Counted from the stretch's first letter, positions 1 to 12,496 are shown. The stretch: 53,397 bases of DNA from a bacterium (GCA_037142735.1 JBAXAB010000003.1:1-53397), one strand, 5' to 3'. Translations and numbers: made by a program. The notes: a model not told the origin generated them from the letters alone.

Positions 1-167
1 CACCACCGAAGCTTCCAGAATCTGTGTTATCACCAAAGCTGCCTGAATCTGTATTATCGCCGAAGCTACCAGAATCTGTGTTGCCACCGAAACTACCGAA
101 ATCCGTATTAACACCACCGAAGCTTCCAGAATCTGTGTTATCACCAAAGCTGCCTGAATCTGTATTT
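1..167. repeat. 27-bp (one 30-bp) tandem coding repeats
   Basis: Six head-to-tail units of the type ATCACCAAAGCTGCCTGAATCTGTATT. Positions 1-55 recur exactly at 113-167, a higher-order period of about 112 bp. Confidence 0.85.
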
Positions 168-295
168 CCTGAAGGATAATTGAAATCTCCTCCTAGATCT
201 ACACCTTCGAAGTCGGCCATAGCAACATGAGGAACGGCAACAAGTGCCATTACCGCAACGAATGCCGTGGCAAGAATGTATTTAATATTTTTCAT
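1..295 (-). CDS. secreted repeat protein, N-terminal part (gene continues beyond the left edge)
   Basis: My own minus-strand translation from ATG 295-293 gives MKNIKYILATAFVAVMALVAVPHVAMADFEG..., a signal-peptide-like start followed by NTDSGSFG(D/G) nonamer repeats. The frame is open to position 1. It is absent from the ORF track because it is truncated. Confidence 0.6.
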   Translation of the reverse strand, partial: MKNIKYILATAFVAVMALVAVPHVAMADFEGVDLGGDFNYPSGNTDSGSFGDNTDSGSFGGVNTDFGSFGGNTDSGSFGDNTDSGSFGDNTDSGSFGG

Positions 296-325
296 ATAAT
301 TTGTGTTAAAACTCATAGTGATAAT

Positions 326-353
326 ATTATATACTATATATATAGATTGTCAA
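326..353 (-). promoter_or_regulatory. sigma70-type promoter of the repeat-protein gene
   Basis: The minus strand reads TTGACA (353-348), a 16-nt spacer, then TATAAT (331-326), about 30 nt upstream of ATG 295. Confidence 0.5.
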
Positions 354-483
354 TAGAGCTCTAGACAGTTACATATTATCTTGATGAAATCATAGCCAAA
401 TACTGACTAGTAAGTGATAAAATACGTTGAAAAGAAAGGCCATTTCTAGGTATGGCAATTATACAATATAATCACATATCTGG

Positions 484-1230
484 CTATCTGAGCGGTATGA
501 CTCTATCAAAAGTCGCCTGAACTACGAATCGATCAGTTTTTGCTCCGAAACTATCACAAGTCGACAACGTAAGTGTGGCTGGACCTTTTGTATCAAACTT
601 TACCAGGGTTTCATCCTTGTTAACCTCCTTCACAGAAGTTACTTTGTAGATATATACATTCCTATCACCAAGAACCTGAATCTCGTCCCCTTCCTTCGCA
701 TTTTTTATAGTATTAAAAATTTTATATGCTTTATTCTGAACAATTTTGTATCCAGTGCTGTGTCCGAAAATAAACATGTTCCCGAGGCCCGGCACTCCCG
801 ATCCAGGGTAGCGCACTGCTCCTAGAGTTAGCTCGTTATCTAACACATTAATATCTGCGGATGAGGGATTTTTCACAATACCGTCGACACCAACTGATGC
901 AATCACAATTCGTAAAGGATATTCGTATTTAATATTTTGAGAAGAAGATGCAGTAGGATTTCCATCAGTTAAATCTACGTTTACAGGATCCCCCACCAAA
1001 GGTCGTAAGGCCGTATCTTTTATCTGATCAAGTATCCCCGCCTGGGTATCATCTTGAAATTCACTTGGCACCAAGCCTAGACCTGCCAGTAAGACCACCG
1101 TCGCAAGAAAGAACCCGGAAAAAAGTATAATGAAGCGTAATTCATGCTTTTCAAAAACCGGTATAAACCTTTCGAGCCATCCTTTCTTGCGGGGATGTTG
1201 AGGAATATTCGTCACAATACGTAAAATCAT
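484..1230 (-). CDS. sortase family transpeptidase
   Basis: N-terminal TM helix, then the catalytic TLSTCD (TLxTC) motif and a downstream Arg (TDRFVV). Confidence 0.85.
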   Translation of the reverse strand: MILRIVTNIPQHPRKKGWLERFIPVFEKHELRFIILFSGFFLATVVLLAGLGLVPSEFQDDTQAGILDQIKDTALRPLVGDPVNVDLTDGNPTASSSQNIKYEYPLRIVIASVGVDGIVKNPSSADINVLDNELTLGAVRYPGSGVPGLGNMFIFGHSTGYKIVQNKAYKIFNTIKNAKEGDEIQVLGDRNVYIYKVTSVKEVNKDETLVKFDTKGPATLTLSTCDSFGAKTDRFVVQATFDRVIPLR

Positions 1231-1305
1231 AGCACGCCCATCGTCTTGATGTAAATTAACTGCTCTGCTGTATTTTTTTGACCGATTCTGTTAGCATGTA
1301 CGGTA

Positions 1306-3276
1306 ATGAACAACTTTAAAAAGTCTCCTGTCGGTAATCAAAATACCGAGGGAGCAAACCTAACTGGAACTATTAGTATTAACGCAAAAGGCCGAGGATT
1401 CGTCAGAATAGTGGATCGAGAGGACGACGTCATGATTGACCCCGTCGATGTCGGAACTGCTTTAAACAGAGACACTGTTGAGATTTCAACTTTCCAAAAT
1501 CAATGGAGCGAAACTCAAGGAAAAATTATCCGTATTGTAGAACGAAATAAAACGAGCTTTGTTGGAATAATCTTTACTGAAAACGGTCAGGCCAAGCTGA
1601 AGACCGACGACCTAAAATCTAACATCGTAATCAACATTACAAACATCTCCGCCTTCCCTACTATTTCTGATAATACAAAAGTCCAGGTCCATGTCGACAT
1701 GGAAAATTGGAAGGATGGACGAAGTCCGAACGGAGAAATTACTCGAGTTTTCGGAATCAAAGGTGATAACAATGCTGAAATGGAAGCCATCGTGGCTGAA
1801 CGTGGTTTCGATACCACTTTTAGTAACGAAGTAATTAAAGATGCTGAAAAATCTGCAGAGCAACTTAGAAACGTGAGTCCTGAAGAATTGGCACGACGAA
1901 AAGACTTTCGTAAAACATGGACATGTACTATTGATCCGTTTGATGCCAAAGACTTTGATGATGCTATCTCATTAAAGGAACTACCTGATGGTAATCTTGA
2001 AATTGGTGTCCACATCGCTGATGTATCACATTTCGTGCGCGAAGGCAGCGAACTAGACAAAGAGGCTCGCAAGCGTGCTTTCTCAGTCTATCTCGTCGAT
2101 CGAACCATCCCCATGTTACCGAGTATTTTATCGACTGATGTATGTAGTTTAAATCCAAACGAAGATCGCTTCTCATTTTCAGCTGTCTTTATCATGGATA
2201 AAAACGGCATTGTCAAAGAGCGTTGGTTTGGAAAAACCATTATCCATTCAGCACGTCGTTTTACATACGAAGAGGCTGAAGAGAGACTTGTGACTAAACA
2301 AGGAGACTGCGCTGAAAAATTAGCGGTTTTAAATGAGATTGCAAAAAAATTGAACGATGACCGAAACAAACACGGCGCCATCGACTTTGAAACAACTGAA
2401 ATTAAATTCAAACTAGATGACAACGGCAAGCCAATTGCAGTGTACAAAAAAGAGCGATTAAGTAGTCATAAACTAGTCGAAGAATTCATGCTGCTTGCAA
2501 ACCGTGAAGTGGCCAAATTTATTCATGACGACTTTAAAAATGCTCATGGTGCACAATTGCCCGGTGTCTACCGAATTCACGATGTGCCAAACATTGAACG
2601 CTTAGAAGATTTAGGAATTTTTGTACGAGCTCTTGGCTTCGAATTCAAACCTCATAAGAACATGAAGTCAAAAGATATTCAGACATTACTTCGTGAAGTC
2701 TCTGGCTCAAGCGCAGAAGCAACAATCAAAACTGCTACCCTTCGTTCAATGGCCAAGGCAGAATACTCTACAAAAAATATTGGACACTTTGGTCTTGCGT
2801 TCACGTATTACACACAGTTCACATCGCCCATTCGACGCTACGCAGACTTAATCGTGCATAGAATTGTTGAAAGTATCAAAGACGGCACTCACCTTTCTGC
2901 TGCCCTTATGGACTCATTAGACAAGATCTGTGCTGATTGTTCAAAGCGCGAAGTTGAAGCGGCAGACGCAGAACGCGCTTCTATTAAATACAAACAGGTT
3001 GAATACATGGAAAGAAAAGTCGGTCAGATTCTAAACGTAACTGTTGGTGGCATTGCAGAATGGGGCATGTTTGTCGAAGAAGAAGAATCAAAGGCCGAAG
3101 GCCTTATCCGTCTCAAAGATTTATTACCAAGTGACTTCTACACAGCAGACACTAAAAATTATGTCATCAATGGAACACGGACCAAAAAAACATTTAAACT
3201 GGGTGACAAATTGAAAGTAAAATTGATCAGGGCTGATACAGATACAAGAAGTCTGGAGTTACAAATCGTAGAATAA
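1306..3276 (+). CDS. rnr: ribonuclease R (RNB exoribonuclease with C-terminal S1 domain)
   Basis: 656 aa. RNB motifs DPFDAKDFDDAISL and VYLVDRTIPMLP, with an S1-like C-terminus. Confidence 0.9.
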   Translation: MNNFKKSPVGNQNTEGANLTGTISINAKGRGFVRIVDREDDVMIDPVDVGTALNRDTVEISTFQNQWSETQGKIIRIVERNKTSFVGIIFTENGQAKLKTDDLKSNIVINITNISAFPTISDNTKVQVHVDMENWKDGRSPNGEITRVFGIKGDNNAEMEAIVAERGFDTTFSNEVIKDAEKSAEQLRNVSPEELARRKDFRKTWTCTIDPFDAKDFDDAISLKELPDGNLEIGVHIADVSHFVREGSELDKEARKRAFSVYLVDRTIPMLPSILSTDVCSLNPNEDRFSFSAVFIMDKNGIVKERWFGKTIIHSARRFTYEEAEERLVTKQGDCAEKLAVLNEIAKKLNDDRNKHGAIDFETTEIKFKLDDNGKPIAVYKKERLSSHKLVEEFMLLANREVAKFIHDDFKNAHGAQLPGVYRIHDVPNIERLEDLGIFVRALGFEFKPHKNMKSKDIQTLLREVSGSSAEATIKTATLRSMAKAEYSTKNIGHFGLAFTYYTQFTSPIRRYADLIVHRIVESIKDGTHLSAALMDSLDKICADCSKREVEAADAERASIKYKQVEYMERKVGQILNVTVGGIAEWGMFVEEEESKAEGLIRLKDLLPSDFYTADTKNYVINGTRTKKTFKLGDKLKVKLIRADTDTRSLELQIVE

Positions 3277-3304
3277 TTTATTTATATATATTACATATAA
3301 AAGA

Positions 3305-3790
3305 AACGACCGGACCTCCACTGTGGGAAGACCGGCCATTGTTCCGATTGAGGTCCCTTGCGGGTTAGCCTCGATTTTGCTGCTCAACTAACTGAAATTC
3401 TACGATGAAAAAAGACTAGGGAGACCACACTGGCCCACCCTCCGAGAGCATCCTGTAGGCCCTTTGCACGAAAACCCAGGGACACCTCCCTTGTTCTCTT
3501 ATTTGAAAGCTCAGTCCCGGAGGGGACCGGACTTACCACCGGTAATGCAATCACCATGGGAACCTATCTCGGAGGGGCCTTTCCCCCTACCAATCTTTTC
3601 TTCTGAAATGAGAGATTTCCACCTCCCCGAGTCCACCCAAATCGTGAGTCACGCGACTGACGGCAATCGTCACGTGACAACCTATCTGCGCAACACCAGT
3701 ACCATGTCGGTTGCGCAGCGGGTACAAACACGACCAACGTAGGGTGCCCACTCGGGGAGTGGAATACCTCTTCCTCGCCAAATACTGCCT
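3305..3790. ncRNA. candidate large structured RNA, or a decayed GC-rich insert; class and strand unknown
   Basis: A 580-bp gap between convergent rnr and uvrC is clearly GC-richer than its flanks. It holds many local hairpins, for example CTGCGCAAC...GTTGCGCAG (9 bp), AGTCCCGG/CCGGACT and CCC-GCAA-GGG on the minus strand. Its only ORFs (92 and 64 aa) have implausible composition. Confidence 0.35.
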
Positions 3791-3855
3791 ACTAACAATG
3801 CTACTCCGGTTATACTGAAAATCAAGAGGTTATCAACAGCACCTGTTTTTTTGGT

Positions 3856-5085
3856 TTACACAAGTCGATCTCTTTTCTTTCGATGCGCAGTAATGGCAAA
3901 TCGATGTGCTTCTGCATTAATTTTTATAATATCACTTTGCAGTTCTTTGATTTTTAAGCCAAATTCATGAGTCGAATCAACAGTTAAAATTTCCCTAGCT
4001 TTGTGTCGCGCATCTTTAACCACTGAAACTACATTCACGTCCTTTGGGACAACTTTTTTGGCAACATTAATCTGTGCCGTTCCTCCATCTATTACAACCA
4101 CATCTGGTAAATTCCATTCTTTATGTGCAAAGCGTCTTGCCAATATTTCATGTAAAGCTTGGGTGTCATTCGCACCAGTCACACTCTTTATATTAAATTT
4201 ACGATATTCATTTTTATCGAATTCTCCATCATTCATAACAACCATTACACCGATCATGTGCTTACCTGAAATATGAGCTACATCGTAGGCTTCAATTCTT
4301 AAAGGCCCCGATGTGCTCATTGGTTCTTTTTTTATCATTGAAATGTCTTGAATGTGCCCAAGAGATTCGATCGTCCTTTGAATTTCTGAACACCTTTCAA
4401 AATCAAGACCTTTAGCATAATTTTTAATTTCTTTATACAACAAACCGATCAGACTTTTCTTTTTACCTTGAAAAAAGAGAACAAGATGACGGATATTTTT
4501 TGAATATTCCTTTGCAGACATTTTTCCCGCACAAACACCAGGACAAAGCCCAATTGAATAATTAAAACACGGACGAGTTTGCTCCAATTTACACACGTCT
4601 CTGAATGGAAAAATCTTTCTGACCAACTTCAACGCTTCACGTAATTGTGGAGCGTACGGGTATGGACCAAATGTATGTGAATACTCTGATCCTGACAAAT
4701 CATTTTCTAAATTTCTCCCACGTGCAATCAACACCCTCGGAAATTTTTCTTTAGTTATAACTACATAATTAAAACTTTTATCATCTTTTTCCTTCGTGTT
4801 AAAAACTGGCTGATGTTTTTTAATAAGTTCATTTTCCAAAATAAATGCTTCAAGCACAGAATCGGTTGCTATGAAATCCACATCATCGGCCTTAGACACC
4901 ATATCCACAAGGAGCATTCCGCGACTCTTGATGAGGTCATCTGAGAAGTAACTTCGTGTGCGGTCTTTCAGACTGGTAGCTTTTCCAATATATAAAATAG
5001 CCTTATTTTGCTTGAATAAGTAAACCCCGGGACTGTCGGGAATGTTCTTTTTATGGGCTATTTTGGTTAGGTCTTGACGGTTCAT
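3856..5085 (-). CDS. uvrC: excinuclease ABC subunit C, short form
   Basis: GIY-YIG N-terminus (PGVYLFKQNKAILYIGKATSLKDRTRSYF) and the UvrC endonuclease core (RIEAYDVAHISGKHMIGVMVV). At 409 aa it appears to lack the usual C-terminal HhH region. Confidence 0.85.
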   Translation of the reverse strand: MNRQDLTKIAHKKNIPDSPGVYLFKQNKAILYIGKATSLKDRTRSYFSDDLIKSRGMLLVDMVSKADDVDFIATDSVLEAFILENELIKKHQPVFNTKEKDDKSFNYVVITKEKFPRVLIARGRNLENDLSGSEYSHTFGPYPYAPQLREALKLVRKIFPFRDVCKLEQTRPCFNYSIGLCPGVCAGKMSAKEYSKNIRHLVLFFQGKKKSLIGLLYKEIKNYAKGLDFERCSEIQRTIESLGHIQDISMIKKEPMSTSGPLRIEAYDVAHISGKHMIGVMVVMNDGEFDKNEYRKFNIKSVTGANDTQALHEILARRFAHKEWNLPDVVVIDGGTAQINVAKKVVPKDVNVVSVVKDARHKAREILTVDSTHEFGLKIKELQSDIIKINAEAHRFAITAHRKKRDRLV

Positions 5086-5160
5086 GGTTTTGAGTATATA
5101 TTACTAGACGTGCCAATTCAATGTTTTCGACAAGAATTCTGCGCACAACAGATTTATAAG

Positions 5161-5400
5161 AGTTAGGGTGGTTCGGGCCGGTGAGGCAAGCGAATGTCCC
5201 CAAAGTGGAGCGTGCGCGGCCTGCGTACCACACTGAGAAAACACTTCGGTGACATCTCGCCCCTTGCCGGCCCGGCATCCTAACCTTATACAGTTCTTTT
5301 TAAACTGTTCTTTCTTCCCTTCGGGGAAACCAGGTCATTTATTTGACCAACCCTTTCCACAATGTTCCACAAGCGAGCTGCATCTGCACCTCGCTTTTTT
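5161..5400 (+). ncRNA. candidate structured small RNA, class unknown
   Basis: Lies in the 340-bp uvrA-uvrC spacer. Long imperfect hairpin 5161-5286, whose arms AGTTAGGGTGGTTCGGGCCGGTGAGGCAAGCGAATGTC and GACATCTCGCCCCTTGCCGGCCCGGCATCCTAACCT are near reverse complements. Two C-UUCG-G tetraloops read correctly only on the plus strand. A plus-strand terminator GCGAG...CTCGC plus T6 ends at about 5400. Confidence 0.4.
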
Positions 5401-5425
5401 GTTTGCCTACAATTTAAAACACTAC

Positions 5426-8062
5426 TTATTTTTTCAACACTTTTGCCAAATATTCCCCTGTATAACTTTTAGGATTATTTGCCACTTCCTCAGGCGTACC
5501 CTTTGCCACAATATTTCCACCTCGAATACCACCCTCTGGACCGATATCGATAATATAATCCGAACACTTAATCACATCCATATTGTGTTCGATTACCACC
5601 ACTGTATTTCCCTTCTGAACTAATTTTTGTAAAATCTCTACCAACTTACGAACATCTTCATAATGTAGTCCGACCGTCGGTTCATCCAAAATATAAATAG
5701 ATTTTTGCACATGTGGACGATAAAGTTCAGCAGAAATCTTCACACGCTGTGCCTCCCCACCAGATAAAGTTGTCGCTGATTGTCCCAGTTCTAGATACCC
5801 AAGACCTACTTCATTCAATGTTTCTAATCTGTCTGCAATAGATGGCACATCTTCAAAAAATGCGAGTGCCTCCTCAACTGTCATTTTTAAGACTTCATAA
5901 ATATTTTTCTTTTTATACTTGACCTCCAACGTTTCCTTCATAAAGCGCTTTCCATTACACACATCACATTGAACATATACGGTTGGCAAGAAATGCATTT
6001 CAACTTCGATCATGCCATTGCCCTGACACGTTTCGCATCGTCCGCCTTTCACGTTGAATGAGAAACGACTTGCTGTCCAACCTCGAGCGCGGGCTTCTTC
6101 TGATTCTGCAAACATATCGCGGATAAATGTAAACGCCCCGGTGTAAGTTGCAGGGTTTGAACGAGGAGTTCGTCCAATTGGTGACTGGTCAATAAGAATC
6201 GATCGGCCTAAATATTCTGTACCCGTAAAGCTTGTACAGTTGTGAACATTCGCCGTGCGGTAGGCTTTCTCAAAACGTGCTTGTAAATTCTTATGTAAAA
6301 TTTCATATACAAACGAGGACTTACCTGAACCAGACACTCCCGTCACTGTAATCAATCTACCCAAAGGCAGATCTACATTTAGATTTTTAATATTGTTAAC
6401 CTTTCCTCCTGTAATACTAATCATCCCTCTGTTAGCTTCACGTCGCTCCTCTGGCACTTCTACCACTTTCTCTCCTCGCAAATACGCTAAAGTGAGTGAG
6501 TTTGAATCATTCTTCTTGGCAGTCAATAAATCTTCAAGCCAACCAGACACAACCACATGCCCACCATGAACTCCTGCTCCTGGCCCAATATCAATAATAT
6601 AATCGGACGCAAAAATAGTGTCCTCATCATGTTCTACCACAATCACGGTGTTACCTAAATCACGTAGTTGGACCAAGGTCTTGATAAGGCGATCATTGTC
6701 ACGCTGATGAAGTCCAATAGTCGGCTCGTCTAGTACGTACAAAGCGCCGACGAGTCCTGAACCCAATTGTGAGGCTAATCTAATACGTTGTGCTTCTCCG
6801 CCTGATAGCGTATTTGCCCTTCGGTCTAGGGACAGATAATCAATACCCACATCATTCATAAATTCTAGACGAGAAAGAATTTCTTTTACAATCACCTTTG
6901 AAATCTCTCTTTCTTTTTGGCTAAGTGGTAGACCAATGAAAAAGTCTAATGCCTCAGCAATAGTCATGGCTGTCGTCTGAACAACGTTTGTTTTCTTTCC
7001 GTCTTCGGCAATCAAAAATACATGCAGTGCTTCTGGTCGCAACCTTGCACCATTACACACCTTACATGGGTCCATCACAAAAAACTCACGTGTACCTAAA
7101 CCATTACATTCAGGACATGCGCCGTAAGGAGAGTTAAATGAGAATAAGCGTGGCTCAACTTCAGGGAATGAGAAGCCATCGTAGGGACACATGAATTTTG
7201 AGGAAATTAATTTGTCAGCGGTGTCTGTCACAATGCGAAGAAGACCTTCTGATTCCTGTAGACCTTTTTCAATTGATTCATTTAATCGTTCGCGGAAGGC
7301 AGGAGTATTTTCCTTTATTTCTGAAATATAAAATTGATCAACTAGCACATCGATATTGTGTTTTTTTGTTTTAGAAAGAATAATTTGTTCACGTAGTTTT
7401 TTGACTACACCATCCACGCGTACTTCTTCGTACCCACGCCCCAACATATCGTATAACAATTGGTAATACTCACCTTTTCGGCCTACAACTACCGGTGAAT
7501 AAATCTTAAAAACTGAACTGTCCACTGCCACGCCCATGACTTTTTTGGTTTTAGATGAAGTATCCATAGACTTAACTGTGGTAAAAATAGATTCAAGAAT
7601 TTCTTCTTTTGAAAGCTTTTTGATTTCACGTTCACACACTAAACAATGGGGCTTGCCAATGCGGGCAAAAAGAATACGGAGATAATCGTAAATTTCTGTA
7701 ATTGTTGCAACAGTTGATCGTGGGTTGTTAGATCTTGATTTTTGATCAATCGAAATAGCTGGTGACAATCCTACAATTTCATCAACATCTGGTTTCTGCA
7801 TCTGGCGTAAAAATTGGCGGGCATATGAAGAAAGTGATTCAATATACCTTCGTTGTCCTTCAGCAAAAATGGTGTCGAAAGCAAGTGAGGATTTTCCTGA
7901 ACCAGAGAGTCCGGTGATGACCACCATTTTATTTCGTGGCATTTCGACTGTAATATCTTTCAAATTGTGGGTACGCGCTCCCTTTACGATAATTTTATCG
8001 TTTTCAGAATGGAAAGCAGTCTTTGAAGTTTTAACTAACGGTTTTGGATTTTGTTTAGACAT
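5426..8062 (-). CDS. uvrA: excinuclease ABC subunit A
   Basis: 878 aa with two ABC ATPase modules (GLSGSGKSSLAF, GVSGSGKSSFV, two LSGGE signatures) and zinc-finger Cys clusters. Confidence 0.95.
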   Translation of the reverse strand: MSKQNPKPLVKTSKTAFHSENDKIIVKGARTHNLKDITVEMPRNKMVVITGLSGSGKSSLAFDTIFAEGQRRYIESLSSYARQFLRQMQKPDVDEIVGLSPAISIDQKSRSNNPRSTVATITEIYDYLRILFARIGKPHCLVCEREIKKLSKEEILESIFTTVKSMDTSSKTKKVMGVAVDSSVFKIYSPVVVGRKGEYYQLLYDMLGRGYEEVRVDGVVKKLREQIILSKTKKHNIDVLVDQFYISEIKENTPAFRERLNESIEKGLQESEGLLRIVTDTADKLISSKFMCPYDGFSFPEVEPRLFSFNSPYGACPECNGLGTREFFVMDPCKVCNGARLRPEALHVFLIAEDGKKTNVVQTTAMTIAEALDFFIGLPLSQKEREISKVIVKEILSRLEFMNDVGIDYLSLDRRANTLSGGEAQRIRLASQLGSGLVGALYVLDEPTIGLHQRDNDRLIKTLVQLRDLGNTVIVVEHDEDTIFASDYIIDIGPGAGVHGGHVVVSGWLEDLLTAKKNDSNSLTLAYLRGEKVVEVPEERREANRGMISITGGKVNNIKNLNVDLPLGRLITVTGVSGSGKSSFVYEILHKNLQARFEKAYRTANVHNCTSFTGTEYLGRSILIDQSPIGRTPRSNPATYTGAFTFIRDMFAESEEARARGWTASRFSFNVKGGRCETCQGNGMIEVEMHFLPTVYVQCDVCNGKRFMKETLEVKYKKKNIYEVLKMTVEEALAFFEDVPSIADRLETLNEVGLGYLELGQSATTLSGGEAQRVKISAELYRPHVQKSIYILDEPTVGLHYEDVRKLVEILQKLVQKGNTVVVIEHNMDVIKCSDYIIDIGPEGGIRGGNIVAKGTPEEVANNPKSYTGEYLAKVLKK

Positions 8063-8163
8063 ATATTATGTGAAAAACCCCATGGGCTGGCCAGTGTGGG
8101 GGTATGAGAATTATGTGAAACTATATTAAGCTTTTTTTGAGGGTTTGTAAATGTAGGGTATAT

Positions 8164-8211
8164 GCAAAAAAACACACCCAGACAAGAGCCTTGGCTCCGG
8201 TCTGGATGGTG
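8164..8211 (-). terminator. rho-independent terminator of the 8230-8631 gene
   Basis: The minus strand reads CACCATCCAGAC...GTCTGGGTG followed by TGTTTTTTT. Confidence 0.6.
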
Positions 8212-8229
8212 AATGTTTTCGCGGATTAG

Positions 8230-8631
8230 CTAGTCCGCAAGGGCCTTGCCCGATACTTGCCTCTTATTTTTCTTTTTGGGAGTATGCGGAGGAGCAGGAA
8301 GGCTGTGGCCTTTGGGGAAACCTTTGCCCCTAAGAACCGTAGGTGGTGAGAACCACCACTCTTTACTTTTCTTCTTCATGTCGGCCCACACACGGCACGT
8401 ATTTGTCACCAAGTCATGCACAGCATTAAAGTGCGGCAAGACGTATGCGACCTTATCATCAACACGGACCTTCTTCACATTCCGCTTTACCTCCCAGTAT
8501 GCTGGATGGTAGACGACTAACAGGCTTTCTATGTCGCCGTCCGTGAAGTGTGGCACACCTGAGAGTAGCCATACATGTTTTGCCAGCCGTACGATCCCAA
8601 TCGCACCTATCCCTGCAATCGTTGCGTCCAT
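8230..8631 (-). CDS. hypothetical protein (GC-rich cassette A)
   Basis: 133-aa ORF inserted between uvrA and uvrB. It has a purine-rich stretch (AAAGGAAAAG, weakly SD-like) before the ATG, its own terminator, and a basic Pro/Lys-rich tail. I recognise no family. Confidence 0.55.
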   Translation of the reverse strand: MDATIAGIGAIGIVRLAKHVWLLSGVPHFTDGDIESLLVVYHPAYWEVKRNVKKVRVDDKVAYVLPHFNAVHDLVTNTCRVWADMKKKSKEWWFSPPTVLRGKGFPKGHSLPAPPHTPKKKNKRQVSGKALAD

Positions 8632-8752
8632 TTGGTTTTCTTTTCCTTTGCTGAATTTTCGGGTGGGTGTTGCTGGCGTTGAAACGCCAAAAACACTGGA
8701 ACTTGGTTCCAGTAAAGCATGTTAGACGATTACCTGACTATTTTCAAGTTGC

Positions 8753-12155
<3,403 letters not shown>

Positions 12156-12182
12156 CTAACACATTATATGTATATACAAAAT

Positions 12183-12220
12183 AGAAACGAGAAAGCGCCG
12201 GTTCACAAGTGAACCGGCGC
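12183..12220 (-). terminator. rho-independent terminator of the 12242-12496 gene
   Basis: 12-bp stem GCGCCGGTTCAC/GTGAACCGGCGC followed on the minus strand by TTTCTCGTTTCT. Confidence 0.7.
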
Positions 12221-12241
12221 CTGAAAGCCGAAGGCCTCTCT

Positions 12242-12496
12242 TTAGTCGCGAAGGACTCGAACGAGCTGAACGAGTTGCCGACGTGACAGAAACACCGCGA
12301 GGCACAATGCCGCCCACAAGGGAAGCATGTAGCTGAGGTAGTCGAGGGTCGAGTGCGGGCCCCTTGCCAAGTTAGGCAAGAAACCAAGGGGAAAAATGCG
12401 AGACATCACTTCACCTGCGACAGCGATGGAACACCCGAGGGTGAGCAAAGCCAAAGCGGTGACGTAGAGGATCGCGGAGCGAGTTAATTTTTTCAT
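12242..12496 (-). CDS. small membrane protein (GC-rich cassette B)
   Basis: 84 aa with two hydrophobic helices (AILYVTALALLTLGCSIAVAG and LPLWAALCLAVFL). It has its own promoter and terminator, and no family I recognise. Confidence 0.55.
   Translation of the reverse strand: MKKLTRSAILYVTALALLTLGCSIAVAGEVMSRIFPLGFLPNLARGPHSTLDYLSYMLPLWAALCLAVFLSRRQLVQLVRVLRD

Noticed and set aside
1-167. A CRISPR array, because of regularly spaced 27-bp repeats
   Set aside because: The units are contiguous with no spacers, are in frame, and translate to a nonamer protein repeat downstream of a signal peptide.
1587-2447. The nested antisense ORFs inside rnr, and similar ones inside uvrA, uvrB, tgt, topA, nrdA, clpB and others
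   Set aside because: Each lies fully within a long, well-supported gene on the opposite strand and has no independent signals.
3526-3546. A hairpin ACCGG-ACTTACCA-CCGGT carrying the same CTTACCA heptamer as the atypical tRNA loops
   Set aside because: Only 7 nt are shared, the flanking bases that pair with the sRNAs differ, and a 7-mer match in about 500 nt is within chance.
3464-3781. ORFs 3464..3742 (+) and 3587..3781 (-) as protein genes
   Set aside because: They overlap each other inside the structured GC-rich region. Their composition is Pro/Arg/Ser-rich and not protein-like. There is no RBS or family signal.
3305-3790. tmRNA (ssrA) as the identity of the large GC-rich intergenic RNA candidate
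   Set aside because: Neither strand shows a T-arm (GGTTCGAnTCC-like), a GGGG...CCACCA acceptor pairing between the ends, or a plausible tag ORF ending in a hydrophobic A-rich tail. Left as unknown class.
5161-5286. SRP (4.5S) RNA or 6S RNA for the long hairpin
   Set aside because: The conserved SRP domain IV sequence (..GGAA loop followed by GGAAGCAGCC-like) is not visible on either strand. The hairpin is too short, and its apex too branched, for a typical 6S RNA. A covariance-model scan is needed.
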